Positions 63,164 to 64,000 of a stretch of DNA of 64,000 nt are shown piece by piece. The translations under genes and the position numbers were made by a program. This DNA comes from Macrostomum lignano (Eukaryota), in assembly GCA_002269645.1 (NCBI GenBank), contig NIVC01001046.1:124001-188000 (forward strand), in the 5' to 3' direction. The notes beneath the pieces were generated by a model. It did no database searches, was not told the origin of the DNA, and worked only from the letters and a program-made list of their open reading frames with translations. How positions within the stretch are numbered: the stretch's first letter is position 1; each line of letters starts with the position of its first letter.

Positions 63164-64000
63164 CTACCAAGAGGAAGGAAACCCCCTGACAATTTTTGCT
63201 ACACTAGAATAGAGCACTGCAGGCACACGAAACTCAAGAACATGGGTTAACTTTTTTGTTGCACACCTTCTCAAACAAGAATCAAGTTGCCAGCCCTCCG
63301 GACCATCAAGATTTTGACAATACTGCCAGAAGTTTGGACTTTTCTTATAAGCATTCAGTATACCCATGTGTGCCAATCAGCACTGCGCCTCAGTGCAGCC
63401 TTGCCAGACCTCCAAATTTCATTAGCACATCAAACACATGTGTCTACATCAGCTCTAACTTTGCTCCTAACTGTAACTGAAGGTAACTGGCCTTCACCCA
63501 GGTGGAGTTTCTGGACCTTCAACAGATAATACCAGGTCACTATGGGCATGCTGATACAAATTTCTCAAGTTTTGCTGATCAAGCCTCCAACAGTAGACAA
63601 GCCTTAACTGCTGGACATTTTCAGCTAGTCTCTCAAGCATTAAGTCATCACCCCAATGCTGTTGCCAACATCACCTTCAACAGATTATACTTGGTGACTA
63701 TAAACACCCTGATGCGATGCGAATTTCTCTAGTTTCACTGATGAAGCCTTGACAGTAGGCAAAAATCAACTGCTAGACATCCTTAGGCCTTAGCTAGTCT
63801 CTTGAGTATTCAGTCATCATCCCAATGCTATCAGCACCTTCAATAGATAATACCAGGTGACTATGGACCTCCTATTACATGTATACTGTAACTATGTTAG
63901 GTTTTTCTTATCAAGCTTCAATAATAGGCAAAACTCAACTGCCGGATATCCTCAGCTAGTCTCTCAAGCATTCTGTCATCACCCTGACACCATCAGTACC
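63164..64000 (-). pseudogene. Decayed repeat-protein coding sequence; three diverged ~157-163-bp tandem units at 63517-64000
   Basis: The units translate on the minus strand as GDDRMLERLAEDIRQL / DDD*ILKRLA..DV*QL / GDDLMLERLAENVQQL. Confidence 0.4.

Overview
Eukaryotic (animal) genomic DNA, gene-dense and full of tandem repeats. The style (GC-rich exons, minisatellite-filled introns, TTAGGG repeats) suggests a flatworm such as Macrostomum, which is an inference only. Recognisable spliced genes: VKORC1 (+), an F-box/LRR gene (+), a TLC-domain TLCD1/2-like gene (-), COX19 (-), PRPF19 (-) and NEK9 (+). There are also three orphan spliced genes (-): one disordered, one with a C-terminal RING-like motif and one membrane protein. 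Mobile DNA: a near full-length RTE-type non-LTR retrotransposon plus fragments, a mariner with TIRs and TA TSD, a truncated piggyBac, three tRNA-headed SINEs, and a ~2-kb solo LTR nested antisense inside a sister solo LTR. That LTR pair splits the last exon of a BEN-domain gene. The most notable unexplained system is a divergently oriented pair of near-identical intronless genes (35304-35546 -, 39703-39945 +). They encode an 80-aa precursor with a signal peptide, an acidic propiece and a strongly cationic amphipathic C-terminal peptide, i.e. a candidate new antimicrobial or cytolytic peptide family. All gene models and identities were derived by eye; no database searches were run.
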